Source of the DNA: Stylophora pistillata
Taxonomy: Eukaryota
Assembly (NCBI RefSeq): GCF_002571385.2
Contig: NW_019217799.1
Location: forward strand, 925,711-989,710
Length of the DNA stretch: 64,000 nucleotides
Direction: 5' to 3'
The translations under genes were made by a program, and so were the position numbers. The first letter of the stretch is position 1. Each line of letters begins with the position of its first letter. Below, in pieces: positions 1 through 10,938 of this stretch. The notes beneath the pieces are model-generated. The model made no database searches. It worked only from the letters and a program-made list of their open reading frames with translations, and was not told the DNA's origin.

Positions 1-649
1 GGGGGGGGGGGGCTATCCAAGAGGGGTAGAGGGGTGGTTGTTTGATGCTTTGTCCAAGGGGTGGGTGCTTACTCAAGGAAATATGGTGCACTTGAATTTT
101 GGATTTACAAGTGTTGATTTGGATCTTGTAATGTTGAATATTTTGAGATGGTTTTGTGGAAGAAGTATCTGGCATGCTGAAAATCTGAAAGGCATGTTTC
201 AGTTCAAATTCCGTCCCCTCATAAAATGAATTGGCCGCTAGTGCCATGTGCACTACATAATATTATGTTTGATCAGCAAGAAAGTGCAAATGTGTAAAGT
301 GTATCTGCACATGGGCCTGTAAATATATATTGACTTGTACTGGCAGCTGATATGATACAATAATGTATATGTTATTTAGGAGTTGAGTTGAGCATATATT
401 GTAAGTGATGTTCTTTGTGGACCTATTTGCTGCATGGCCATATGCAAGGTCAAAACACACAGTTTGTAAGTTTGGCTGTGTCAAGGTTGATTCTCAGCCA
501 ATTGTTTCCTTTGGATCCAATTTGATAGAGCATTCTTCAATTCCTCTTGGAATCGTAATTGTACAGGAATGCTCTGTAATGCTTTCAGTTCTTTGTTCAT
601 TTACTGGAGTTATTATTTACACGCTATGCTGGATTTGTTTACTCCACAG

Positions 650-3600
650 CTGGCCTAGGTTCTCTTCTTGGCCTGGGAGTCATTTCACCTAATCCTGCCT
701 TTGCTACTATGGTAACCACATTCTCTCTAGCCGGTGTGATTGGTTACAAGGTTGTTTGGGGTGTGACACCTGCACTGCACTCCCCCCTGATGTCTGTCAC
801 TAATGCTATATCAGGTATCACAGCTGCAGGAGGGTTGGTGCTAATGGGTGGAGGGGTGTTACCTAACAACACTGCAACCTCCCTTGCTGCAATGGCAACT
901 TTGGTGTCCAGTATAAACATCACGGGTGGATTTATCATCACTAAGCGCATGTTGGATATGTTTAGGAGGCCAGGTATGAATGCTTCACAGATTTACTAAA
1001 AGCATGAGATACTTTTGTTTTGTGACATGTAGGCAGCTGTAAGAATGCATCAGCACTGCACTGAAAGTTCTTTTATCCTTTTTTTCTTTTTTTTCATCAC
1101 TGTGATGATCTTTTCTTTTTTAAAAATCTTTCCTCTGCAGCTCAAATTTGATTTTAAAATATTTTCATCAATACGGTGAAAGTTGATTTGGGAATTAGCT
1201 AACTAGCTTTGAAGTCGACTTAGCCCAGGACTGTATCAGAGAGAACCCAGTCTCGAATGCTATTAACTGACCAAAATTTACCTCTCAGTGGGCTACACCA
1301 GTTCACAATAATCCAGTTGTATCTGTATAAAACTATTGATAAACATACATGTACCATAGATGGTAAGACAGTACATTTTTCGCAAAGATGACCCTCCTGA
1401 ATACACCTACCTGTATGCCATTCCTGGGGCAGCTGTTCTTGGTGGTTATGCTGCGGGTAAGATGGCTGGGTATCCTGATATCGATCAGATGGCATACCTG
1501 GCTTCCTCTCTGTGCTGTGTTGGTGCTCTTGGAGGCCTCTCCACTCAGACTACGGCCAGACAAGGAAATGCTCTTGGTATGTTTATTTATTTATTTATTT
1601 ATTTACAAGATTTGCCAACAGGCAGGGACACCGCAACAGCTTTGCGCCAATCACTGCGGGCTCAGTAACCCACCCATCCCACCCCAGGGGAGGACATCCA
1701 TCACACAGTAATCTCGTGCGTGGGAAATTAACGTCTCCCACCCCTAACGCTGCAGGAACGGGACCTCCATTTATGATTATTCTTGTACAATACCTTGCAG
1801 AAGTGAGGTGAAAGTTCCTTGAAACTCAAAACACGATATTCGATTGTCGAAATGCTCGAAGATCGAGGCTCGAGGCAAGAAAACAAGAGAAGAAAACAAA
1901 GAACAACAACAACAACAACCTTTATTTATTCTAATTTCTAATGACTATTTTAACAAATTGGACATGCCTACAGGTAGCTAGCTAATCTAGGTGGGTCATG
2001 TCTTAACTAAGAAAAAAAAGTTAGTATACAAGTTCACGGAAATCTGGAAATTAATTAGAGAGAATAAGTATACAGGTTTACAGAAATCAGGAAGTTAAAT
2101 AAAAAGAGTAGGTATAAAAACAAAGATACTACAAAAATAAAAAAATAGTACAATTAAGGCTATACTTGTTATTCTAGAAATACATTAAAAACCTTAAGAA
2201 AATTTGACCTTTTAACTGATGTTTCGTATGTCGAGATAGGAGTCTTCCGAAGACAGAATATTGAAAAGTACTCTTTTAATTTTTCTCTTAGAGTCGTATT
2301 TTGAGAGATTCCTTCATGTAAGAGGCATCTCGTTCGAAATTTTTGTTCCAAGAAAAGTTTAATTTATTTAGCTCCCGGCACTGGACTGTGGTTCTTAGGG
2401 AGAGTTGTATGGTTAAGTGCAGCCTTTGTACCGGTGAAACCGGTCTTTGATAAAGAAGAACTGGATGCAAAGAAGAAAGAGACTGTTTCATTAACTTTCC
2501 AGCGCTTTGATTGTACCTCTCCCATTTTAGGCTGTATTGTTTGAGCAGCAATACTTTATATTAGGAATTACATGTAGAGTCTTTATGAAAACTTTTCTCC
2601 TATTGGCCTTGACTGTAAACGTTTAGCCAGTGTCGGTAATTGCACATCTTCAGTTTGATAGTATCTAATTCAGTATTTATTGATTGTTTACAGGTATTAT
2701 CGGTATAGGTACTGGTATGACAGCCACCATGGGTGCTTTGGCACCTTCCCATGATGTGCTGACACAGATGGGTGCTATGATGGGTGTGGGTGGCACCATT
2801 GGGGCCATTATCTCTAGCCGCATTGCTGTTAGCGATCTCCCGCAGCTGGTTGCGGCATTCCACAGTTTTGTTGGCTTGGCTGCAGTTCTTACCGCCATTG
2901 CTAAGTACTTAGCTGATGTGGACCTTTTTGCCGACGATCCTTCAGGGAATGTCCATAAAGCAGCTATCTTTCTCGGCACCTATATTGGTGGGGTGACGTT
3001 CACGGGGTCTCTGGTGGCATTTGGCAAGCTTCATGGGCTGCTTGACTCCAAGGCATTGAATTTACCACTAAAAAACCAACTAAATATCGCCATGGCATTG
3101 GCAAATGTTGCAGCTATGGGCTGGTATATGGGTACCGACAGTGCTGCAGTCGGAATACCAATGCTGGGTTAGTAGGTTTGAATTTTTTTTTTATGTCACA
3201 GTTTATCTTTTTCGCAAGGTGTGTCTTAAGCACGACTGTCTGTTTGGTTATATCTGTAACTTATGGCACAAAACACCTGTTTGTAGGTTGAACTTTACTT
3301 GACCATGTAGTATAAAGGCGTTTCTTTGTCACAGCTGCTAATACGCTTTAGATACTTTATGCCTTTGACCCCCTAACATGAGTATGCATATTCTCCATAC
3401 TGTTGTCTGTACATTTCCTAAGGTGCTGACAAGGAGAATTTGTCTAAAGAGCTTCTTTAGTTGGTGATCATTTCATTTATTCTCATAACCTTAGATTCTT
3501 GTTAGGGGTCAAGGAACTGCGCCCTCCTTAAGTTTACCATGTGTTGTGAATACATGTACCTCACTCCACTTAAAAAAAAATTTATTTTGTTTTTTTAATT

Positions 3601-6600
3601 TATATTGGTTTACTCTAGTTTCCCTCGTCGACCAAGAATGGAAAAAAACCATTTTTGAAAGGCAAATTGATATCATAGAGCCGTTAAGGGTCCTAAGCAT
3701 GATGCAGAACATGTTTATCAATTATCCTGATTAGTGTTTGCTTGTGAACTGTAGGTACTACGGCCGCGCTGTCCTCCATCATGGGTGTGCACATGACAGC
3801 ATCGATTGGCGGAGCAGACATGCCTGTGGTTATCACTGTCCTTAACAGCTACAGTGGCTGGGCCCTCTGTGCAGAAGGGTTCATGTTGAACAACGATTTG
3901 CTCACCATCGTGGGAGCCCTTGTGGGATTCTCTGGAGGAATCTTGTCGTATATCATGTGCAAGGCTATGAATCGCTCCTTATCTAATGTTCTGTTTGGTG
4001 GTTACGGAACATTGTCTACTGGTAAGTCTGCGCAGTTTTATCGATATTGTTCTCGTTGACCTTAAAGTGCCGTTAACTGCCGCTTATAACCTCCTGTAAA
4101 CAAAAAAATTACATCCGATTGTAGGGCCCCCCACTCCCCCCTCGATGTAAGCCCATCATCTAGGTTTTCTTGTTTTTAGCGTACTACTTCAAACAACATA
4201 TTTAAATTAGTGCAGGACAGGTTTGTTCGTGTTGTTGGCTTTAATTCTGTTCCAAATGTATTGTCATGAATTCGTTTTATTGTGACATTTTGAAGCTTCA
4301 TTAAAAACCAGTGAATGCTTAACCTATTTTCACCAGCACTTCTATGACTCGTTTAGAAGCGTTTTATTTTTATATTCCGCATATAAGCCTATCCATTTTA
4401 TAAGCCCTCCTAAAACCCCTTTCGAAGATGCACAAGCGACAGTTCACAGTACTCGCTGTGTATAGTTTAAAAGTAAACCTTGTAGCGGGCTACAAGAGAA
4501 CTCTTATACTCTCTTCTAACGCAAAATTAAAGGTTCGTACGGCATGTACATATATGACACACGTTGTTGTATTGGCGAAAAAGGACTCACTCTAACACGC
4601 AAAAAAATTCGTATCCTGTTTACTCCGCAACGCGTATATTACGGCGAACTATGTCAGAACAGTGATCAAACTACTCCTCCCCCAATCATCTTGGCGAAAA
4701 GTTCTTACAGCCAGGTAGGTATCAGCGAGGCTATAATCAACAAAGAAGGGTTTGGGAAGAAAACGCTTAGTCAAAGATGCATCTCGGTATTTGCGCGTAC
4801 TTTGTTGAAGTGTCTCAAGCCAAGAAAGTTTTTGTCATTTCAATTTCCGGTGTTCGATTTGTGTAGAGGAAGCTCCTTTACTTTAAACTGAATCTGAAAT
4901 TATTTTTATCTGCTACTTTGCAAGACGTGAAGTTTGTGCTCCTCGAGGTTGCGAAATGCAAATAAAGTTGTGATAATTACGAACTTCATGTTCATTGATC
5001 GGGAGACTTTTCGAAGAGTTAAGTAAAGCAATGACCCTCGTGGGTGTGCTGCAATTTAAGCAACTCGATCGGCAATTGCTTAAATCGCGGCTCGCTTGCG
5101 AGGATCATTGCCTTACTTGATTTTCATCTGAAGGCAAAAGGGAATTTATTTCGATAAGAACTTATCGAAGAGTGTAATCAAGAAAAACTTGTCCGAAAAT
5201 AACCTAAATTTGACGAAACATCAAGATTTCTTAGTCTCAAAATCGTAGTTCTTTTTTTCTTGGTTACTTTACCAAATTCGAAATGTAAGCTCATTTACAC
5301 TCGATAATTTGGTTAAAGAGCGAAGGCTAACGCTCAAAACATCAGGTTTAGAATCTGTTAACGCTGGCCAATTTACATTATCAAGTTGATAAACCAAATA
5401 ATCATGTATTACCCCACCGACGCAGCAACAGTTTGTTTGGAAACAACCCACCCCCCACTCCCTTACTTATTTGCGCTCGGTTGAGCGAGGCGAGTAAGAA
5501 CGTCAGGGTATTATCCTCACTTTCCCCATTTGCATAGAACTGCACGATTTCAAGGGTGCAGTGGACACGTTGTTAAAGCGTTATTAATGAAAGATTTTGA
5601 AACATAGGTTTAGGTTATTTATTGAGAAAGAAGGACAACGGTTGGCCAAACATGTGAAATTCTAACTCACTGATTCGATTATCGGGTAAAGGTAGGAACA
5701 ATTACTGCACCAGAAAACCTGTATATGAACACGAGACAGTACTATCCTTAAACAGATTGTCTTGAAGTCACCCGAACATGTCCGATGATGTCGATGCAAC
5801 ATCCGATAAAAGGAGATGGCTAACAGTTTCTTCGGCCACCTTTTCCACTACACTTTTCCGCCGTCCGCTTTCTTCTCCTTCCGTGAGTGTTATCGCTCTG
5901 CACACATGCAACGCTGTTAGCCCGCCTGGTCCTCTTCCTTGTATCGTCTCCTCGCCCCGCACCGGAAGTTCCTTCGGATGGAAGTTTCGTCTTCTTTTGA
6001 ACCACGACTGGACCAACCATGGCAGACGCAGAATCACCTGAGCGCTTAGAAAGTCTAGTCGAGTGACGCCGCCTCAACACGGTCGGCTCGACAACAACGT
6101 CGGGATTTCCTCGGTAAAAGTCGGCACTGTACGATCTGTGGGTGAATTGTTGTCTTGATTGGCCAGTATTTGGAACTTGAATAATCGGAGGATCGAGCGT
6201 TGGTTTGATAAAGAATTGCGATGCAGCGCTTTGTCCGCCGGTGGCAATGTCGTTGTGAAACGATTCGTCAAAAAGAAATTGGAGCGAGGATTTTTCGCCG
6301 AAGTCAGTTTCGTCGGTTTTCATAGAGCAGTCAGAGATATCTTTGCTTTCGGTTTTATTCGGCTGAACTTCAGCGAAGAGTATTTCAAGCGATGACTTGT
6401 CGCTTGCATTTGATTGTTTCTCAGCGAACAAAAACCCATGAGAAGTTTTTTCATTCAGATATGTATTTTCAGTGCGTGAGGAACATCCCGGCGCTGCAGA
6501 AGTATCTTTAGCATTGTCACTGAATTGCGATTCCTTGGCCTCAGGCAAGGTTTGAAGAGACGGAACACGTCTACCCTCTTGTGCAAACTCGCCATGGTTC

Positions 6601-8854
6601 GGTATTTCTTCAATCAATACCCAATCGTCTTCTATAACCTTGGAGTCGTCGAACACCTGATCGCTGTTCACACCCTCTGGGTTTCCCTCCGACGATCCCC
6701 AAACAAGGCTGGAGAAAGAAGAAAACATCACTTCAAGGAGAATTCATTTGTTGTTAGAATCAACGGCGAATCATTTCACACTTAATTGTGACCCAAATGT
6801 ACGCCTACTATTATGACGCAAATCTTCTAACGAGCCACCGATTATTAGAGACTTTGTTCTAATTGCTTAATGGATACCATTCTTCATTGCCACGATTATT
6901 CTTATGTCACTGAACCAACTATTTATAATAAGCAAGGTCTTTTAACGCTGTCGCATTTTCACTTCAGTGAATCCCACAACCTATGCGCAAAATGTCTCAA
7001 TGCAGTGTACTGTTAATAGGCTTTATTTTCCTCGGATTGTTGAATTAAGTTTTCAGTTTTGAAACTGCGGCGGTGAAAACATTTAAAACATCATGAATTA
7101 CCAAGTCCTTAACGTGTAATTCTCGTACCGCGCGCGCTTAATCGTCGATATTTATTTGGTTACGTAACAAACTGGTCAAACCGGAATATCACTTGAAAAA
7201 ACGCGCGCGCTTGTTACTAACTCTCAGCGACTAGCGGTACTTAGTTTTTACCTCAAATCGTCATCGATAGCCTCCGGCTTGGAGACGTTTGAACCTCTCC
7301 CTTTGGTTTCTGCGTTGAAGGAATTCTCTGACCTATTTATTGTTTTCTGTTGTAATAGGGACAGGAGAAAGGGAGAAGATCACTGGAACTCACACAGAGA
7401 TTAACGCAGAAGGCGCTGTGGAAATGCTGACATCTTCTAAGAATGTAATCATCACACCGGGATACGGACTGGCCGTGGCGAAGGCGCAGTACGCTATCGC
7501 TGACATGGTTAAAGAGCTTAAACAAAGGGGACTCAACGTACGCTTCGGGATCCATCCCGTCGCGGGACGTATGCCGGGACAGCTGAACGTATTACTGGGT
7601 GAGCCAACTTAAGTTTCGTGGAAACAGTTTTCTTTTACAGCGGTCCAAACATAATGGATGAAAGAAAACGTTTGTGAGAAAATCTACAATCTGAGGAGCT
7701 TTATCTCCTTTACTTTTGAGCGCTTTTAGTAGGGAATGGACTCAACGCTCGGAAGATTTCTTCGTTTGTAAAGATAGTCTGCCATCAACTTCTCATTTTT
7801 CTCGCGCGAGTATGTAGCCTTATTGCTATTAGCAATTCAGTCTTATTTGAGCAGTTGAAATAATGAAGAGATGATTTTTACTTCTTCAACAGCAGAAATT
7901 AAGAGCTTGAAAACTTCATGCCCAAAACAAGTTAGTCAGGTTTACGTTCAATGCCTCCGATTCACTCTTCTCGAAGTAGCGGGGTAAAAATCTTAATATT
8001 TTTTAATTAATAATTTAATTATAACACGTGTCAATTCATCTTTGAAGCTGAGGCTGGAGTACCATATGACGTCGTATTAGAAATGGACGAAATTAATGAA
8101 GACTTTCCTGAAACTGACCTTGCTCTGGTAATCGGTGCGAACGATACAGTCAACTCCGCTGCCCAAGACGATCCCAACTCTGTGATTGCGGGTATGCCTG
8201 TTCTGGAAGTTTGGAAAGCAAAGCAGGCAAGTTGCTTACAGAGTTTTGTATATTTGACTTTTTTTACTAGATATGTGATTAAACAAACCGTTTATGCCGT
8301 GTCTACGTAAGGTTTCGAGAATGGCCGGGCAAATTATTTTGTCAATGTTTTCTTGCTAAGCGCGGCATATGAAGCGAAGTTTTCTCACTTTCAGGTTTTG
8401 TTTTGGTCGTGAAGATCTTCCGAAGCTAAAAACGAGTTTCCCTGAAAGATTTGCGTTGTTTTCTCTTGCGAGATCCCAGTACAAATTGTCGTCACTGAAT
8501 GAACAAACCAGCGAAGATTTTAAACACCAAGTAACCTTATTACTCTATTGACAGGGGTGATGGAAAATAATTGGTATATTTTTACTCAACACCCCTTCTA
8601 AGTGAGACACGAATACTCGAATAAGCCTAGTGTATGGTATAAGCCTAGTTCAGTGCTACTGTAAAACTTTGAAATTAAGAACCGAATTCGTTTCTGATTG
8701 ACAGGTGATCGTGATGAAGCGCACGCTGGGCACTGGGTACGCAGACGTGGATAACCCAGTGTTCTACAAACCCAACACTTGCATGCTCTTGGGTGACGCT
8801 AAAACCATGTGTGATGCTCTTCTAAACAAGGTTAAGGAACACTACGGCAGTTAA
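650..8854 (+). CDS. NNT: Mitochondrial NAD(P) transhydrogenase, 3' part (domains II and III); 5' exons lie upstream of the window
   Basis: Exons 650-973, 1388-1576, 2694-3167, 3755-4021, 7359-7598, 8048-8226, 8705-8854 join in phase. Hallmark motifs: [113 protein letters not shown]; ends KEHYGS*. Confidence 0.97.
1582..1773 (-). mobile_element. 5'-truncated SINE (3' part of the family at 16383 and 18374) with (TAAA)n tail
   Basis: 1670-1773 is the reverse complement of about 16555-16660 and 18855-18960; (ttta)n at 1582-1604. Confidence 0.75.
1903..2560 (-). mobile_element. Probable 3' fragment of a LINE with simple-repeat tail
   Basis: (caa)n-ctttattt tail followed by broken ORF-like sequence; no diagnostic domain seen. 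Confidence 0.35.
3362..3510 (+). repeat. Interspersed repeat also present at about 46100-46320
   Basis: Shared ccc(t)aacat..gtatgcatattctcc...catttcc...agagcttct.tagttggtgatcattt. Confidence 0.7.
5317..5450 (+). mobile_element. Degenerate Penelope-like element terminus
   Basis: ggctaacgctcaaaac..ggccaattta..cccaccgacgcagc matches 52292-52400. Confidence 0.65.
5820..6731 (-). CDS. Intronless nested antisense gene, TP53INP1/TP53INP2 (DOR)-like autophagy adaptor, 303 aa
   Basis: Uninterrupted 912-nt ORF inside NNT intron 4022-7358. N-terminus [12 protein letters not shown]...EDDWVLIE resembles the TP53INP/DOR start and acidic W-x-x-I LIR; basic C-terminus. TATA-like TATAAATAG at 6919-6927 (-) and AATAAA at 5618-5623 (-). 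Confidence 0.7.
   Translation of the reverse strand: MMFSSFSSLVWGSSEGNPEGVNSDQVFDDSKVIEDDWVLIEEIPNHGEFAQEGRRVPSLQTLPEAKESQFSDNAKDTSAAPGCSSRTENTYLNEKTSHGFLFAEKQSNASDKSSLEILFAEVQPNKTESKDISDCSMKTDETDFGEKSSLQFLFDESFHNDIATGGQSAASQFFIKPTLDPPIIQVPNTGQSRQQFTHRSYSADFYRGNPDVVVEPTVLRRRHSTRLSKRSGDSASAMVGPVVVQKKTKLPSEGTSGAGRGDDTRKRTRRANSVACVQSDNTHGRRRKRTAEKCSGKGGRRNC
6919..6927 (-). promoter_or_regulatory. TATA-like box of the nested gene
   Basis: TATAAATAG on the minus strand about 190 nt upstream of the ATG at 6731, next to a CpG-rich stretch. Confidence 0.4.
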
Positions 8855-9585
8855 CGATTGTCTCGGAAGTCGTCACGCTGAATTAGCTATGCAATTTTGT
8901 ATCTGAAATTCGGCTGAAGTTTTTTAAACGGTTAACTTACAGTTCGTCTTCTCTGTTTTCTATAATAGTATGGTATGAATTTATATGGTGTTGGTTAAGG
9001 TAGAAGGGTTTGACACGGCCCTTATGAAAGAAGCATGAAGTCGTAGCACGTCTATTCATGGCGTTTGCTCAGTGATACTTTGTCTTTTAACTGCCCTCTC
9101 TTTTTCAAATGGTCTTTCCTAAACTGCAGACACCGGCTTTTAGCCTCACGGTAGAAGAAAAAGTAACGCAAGAAGCCAGTTAGACTCTGTATCAATTTTC
9201 TTCAAGTAGTAATATCGACTGCATAATAGTAACACTATTTTATCAAACTTCATACGCCCTGAGTAGTGATTGGTTAATCTTTCAAGGGCCAATTTAATTG
9301 GCCATCGAAGGTTTTACGAATTGCTACATGTGTCTGGCTCAACCAACGGATCGGTTTTGAATGAGTTGCATAAAGTAGCAATATCTAAATGTGAAGTGTA
9401 GCAGTTTAAGTTCAGGTCGTTCGTCATGAAATGTGAAACATTTTCCATATGGAATCATCGATGTTGAAGTGTTGTTTTTAAAGGAGTGTCATAAAAAATG
9501 TTTTTGGAACAGGTTTTCAAAATAGGAAAACAGATTTCCAGAATAGGTCTTCCTTTTACAGAGTGCTAATGTATCGGTTGTGAGA

Positions 9586-9591
9586 AATAAA
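9586..9591 (+). terminator. Candidate polyadenylation signal of NNT
   Basis: AATAAA about 730 nt after the NNT stop, followed by a T/GT-rich tract. Confidence 0.5.
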
Positions 9592-10144
9592 ACGTGCCTT
9601 TTGAAGGATGTTTTGTTTTTAGTGATTTCATGCAGCGTCAACATACATGGAACCAGTAGGGAGATTTTGTCAAACTTTCCTTTTAGGTTGTTCGTCCCAT
9701 AGGAAATTTAGAGGGAAAGTGAATTTTTGAGACATTTTTGTATTTCACATATAGACGTAAGATGCGTTTTGCATAGGACTTTTTACTACAGTGAAAAATG
9801 ATTCAGTTATTCAAACCTGTTGTACTAAACCACGCAATATTTTACTGTTTCACAAGCCAGTTTGTTTAAAAGTGTAACTGGAAGTAGATGCGATTCGAAG
9901 CAAAAAAATTTAATGCGATTCTTGGGTAAATCGTACTTCTGAGAGCCTATCAGATCTCAAAGATACGTACTAGACGAATAGCACCTGTTAAAGAACCTGA
10001 CTAGCTTATCTTCCCAGTAAATACCGATTACGTATTTATCAGAAACCCCTTGACGATAACTTTGAGAAGTGCAGGTTCCTGTTCGCAATTTTTTCTTTTG
10101 TTGTATTGCACTTATGGCTTGGAGGTGGGGGTGAGTATGATTGA

Positions 10145-10640
10145 AAATTGAATGGTTGCAAAAACAATAGCTTCCATTTGGCGCGAAAGTACGCACGGAT
10201 TTTTATCCGCGGACGTTATCCGTTCCGAAATACGAGCTGTGAGCTTCGAGGAACAGGTAATGACCAAGGACAAATTTACAAGCATATTTTCGCGCCAAAT
10301 GCAGGCTATCGTGTTTATTATCCTTCAAATATTTTTCAACACGCGGGATAACTGTTTACGAACAGCTTACCGTTTACGGGGTTGGATGTTCACTTTTCAG
10401 TGTTCTGTGATACGATTTTATGAACAAAAAACAGCATATTCCTCCTATAACAATCACGTTTCTCATCTTGAATTCAATTTTAATCGCAGAGTTTTTCGTA
10501 ATAAACGAAAGGTTTGAAAATTGGGAATATCACATGATGTATATCCTGGATATCCCCTAGTTTTAGATGGGATTTATCGGGCATGCGATGCGTTTTGACC
10601 AATTACGCACGAGCAAAAACATTTACTGGATTATAAATAA
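10145..10640. repeat. Interspersed repeat with internal ~155-bp imperfect palindrome
   Basis: aacaatagcttccatttggcgcgaaa (about 10163) versus ttttcgcgccaaatgcaggctatcgtgtt (about 10287-10315). Confidence 0.6.
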
Positions 10641-10938
10641 TGATATTCTCGCGTGTTGAAAGGAAACGGCCAACTGGCTAAGTGTCAACGTCAAATGTAC
10701 ATCGGCGAACAAAAATAATCTTTATTACGACACCCGTTTTCCAAGGGCACATCCCACAAATAATACACCTAGTGCGACACCAGTATGATTCTGTTCCTAG
10801 TCATTATATTCAGGGAAAGTTTATTGTCTCTGACCATTTGAGTTTCAAAGTTATTCCCTTGATGTATGTGGTATTAACATCTGTTTCAGTTGCAAATTAA
10901 AAACACTTTCTGGAGGCACAAGAAGCTGCATGCAATCA

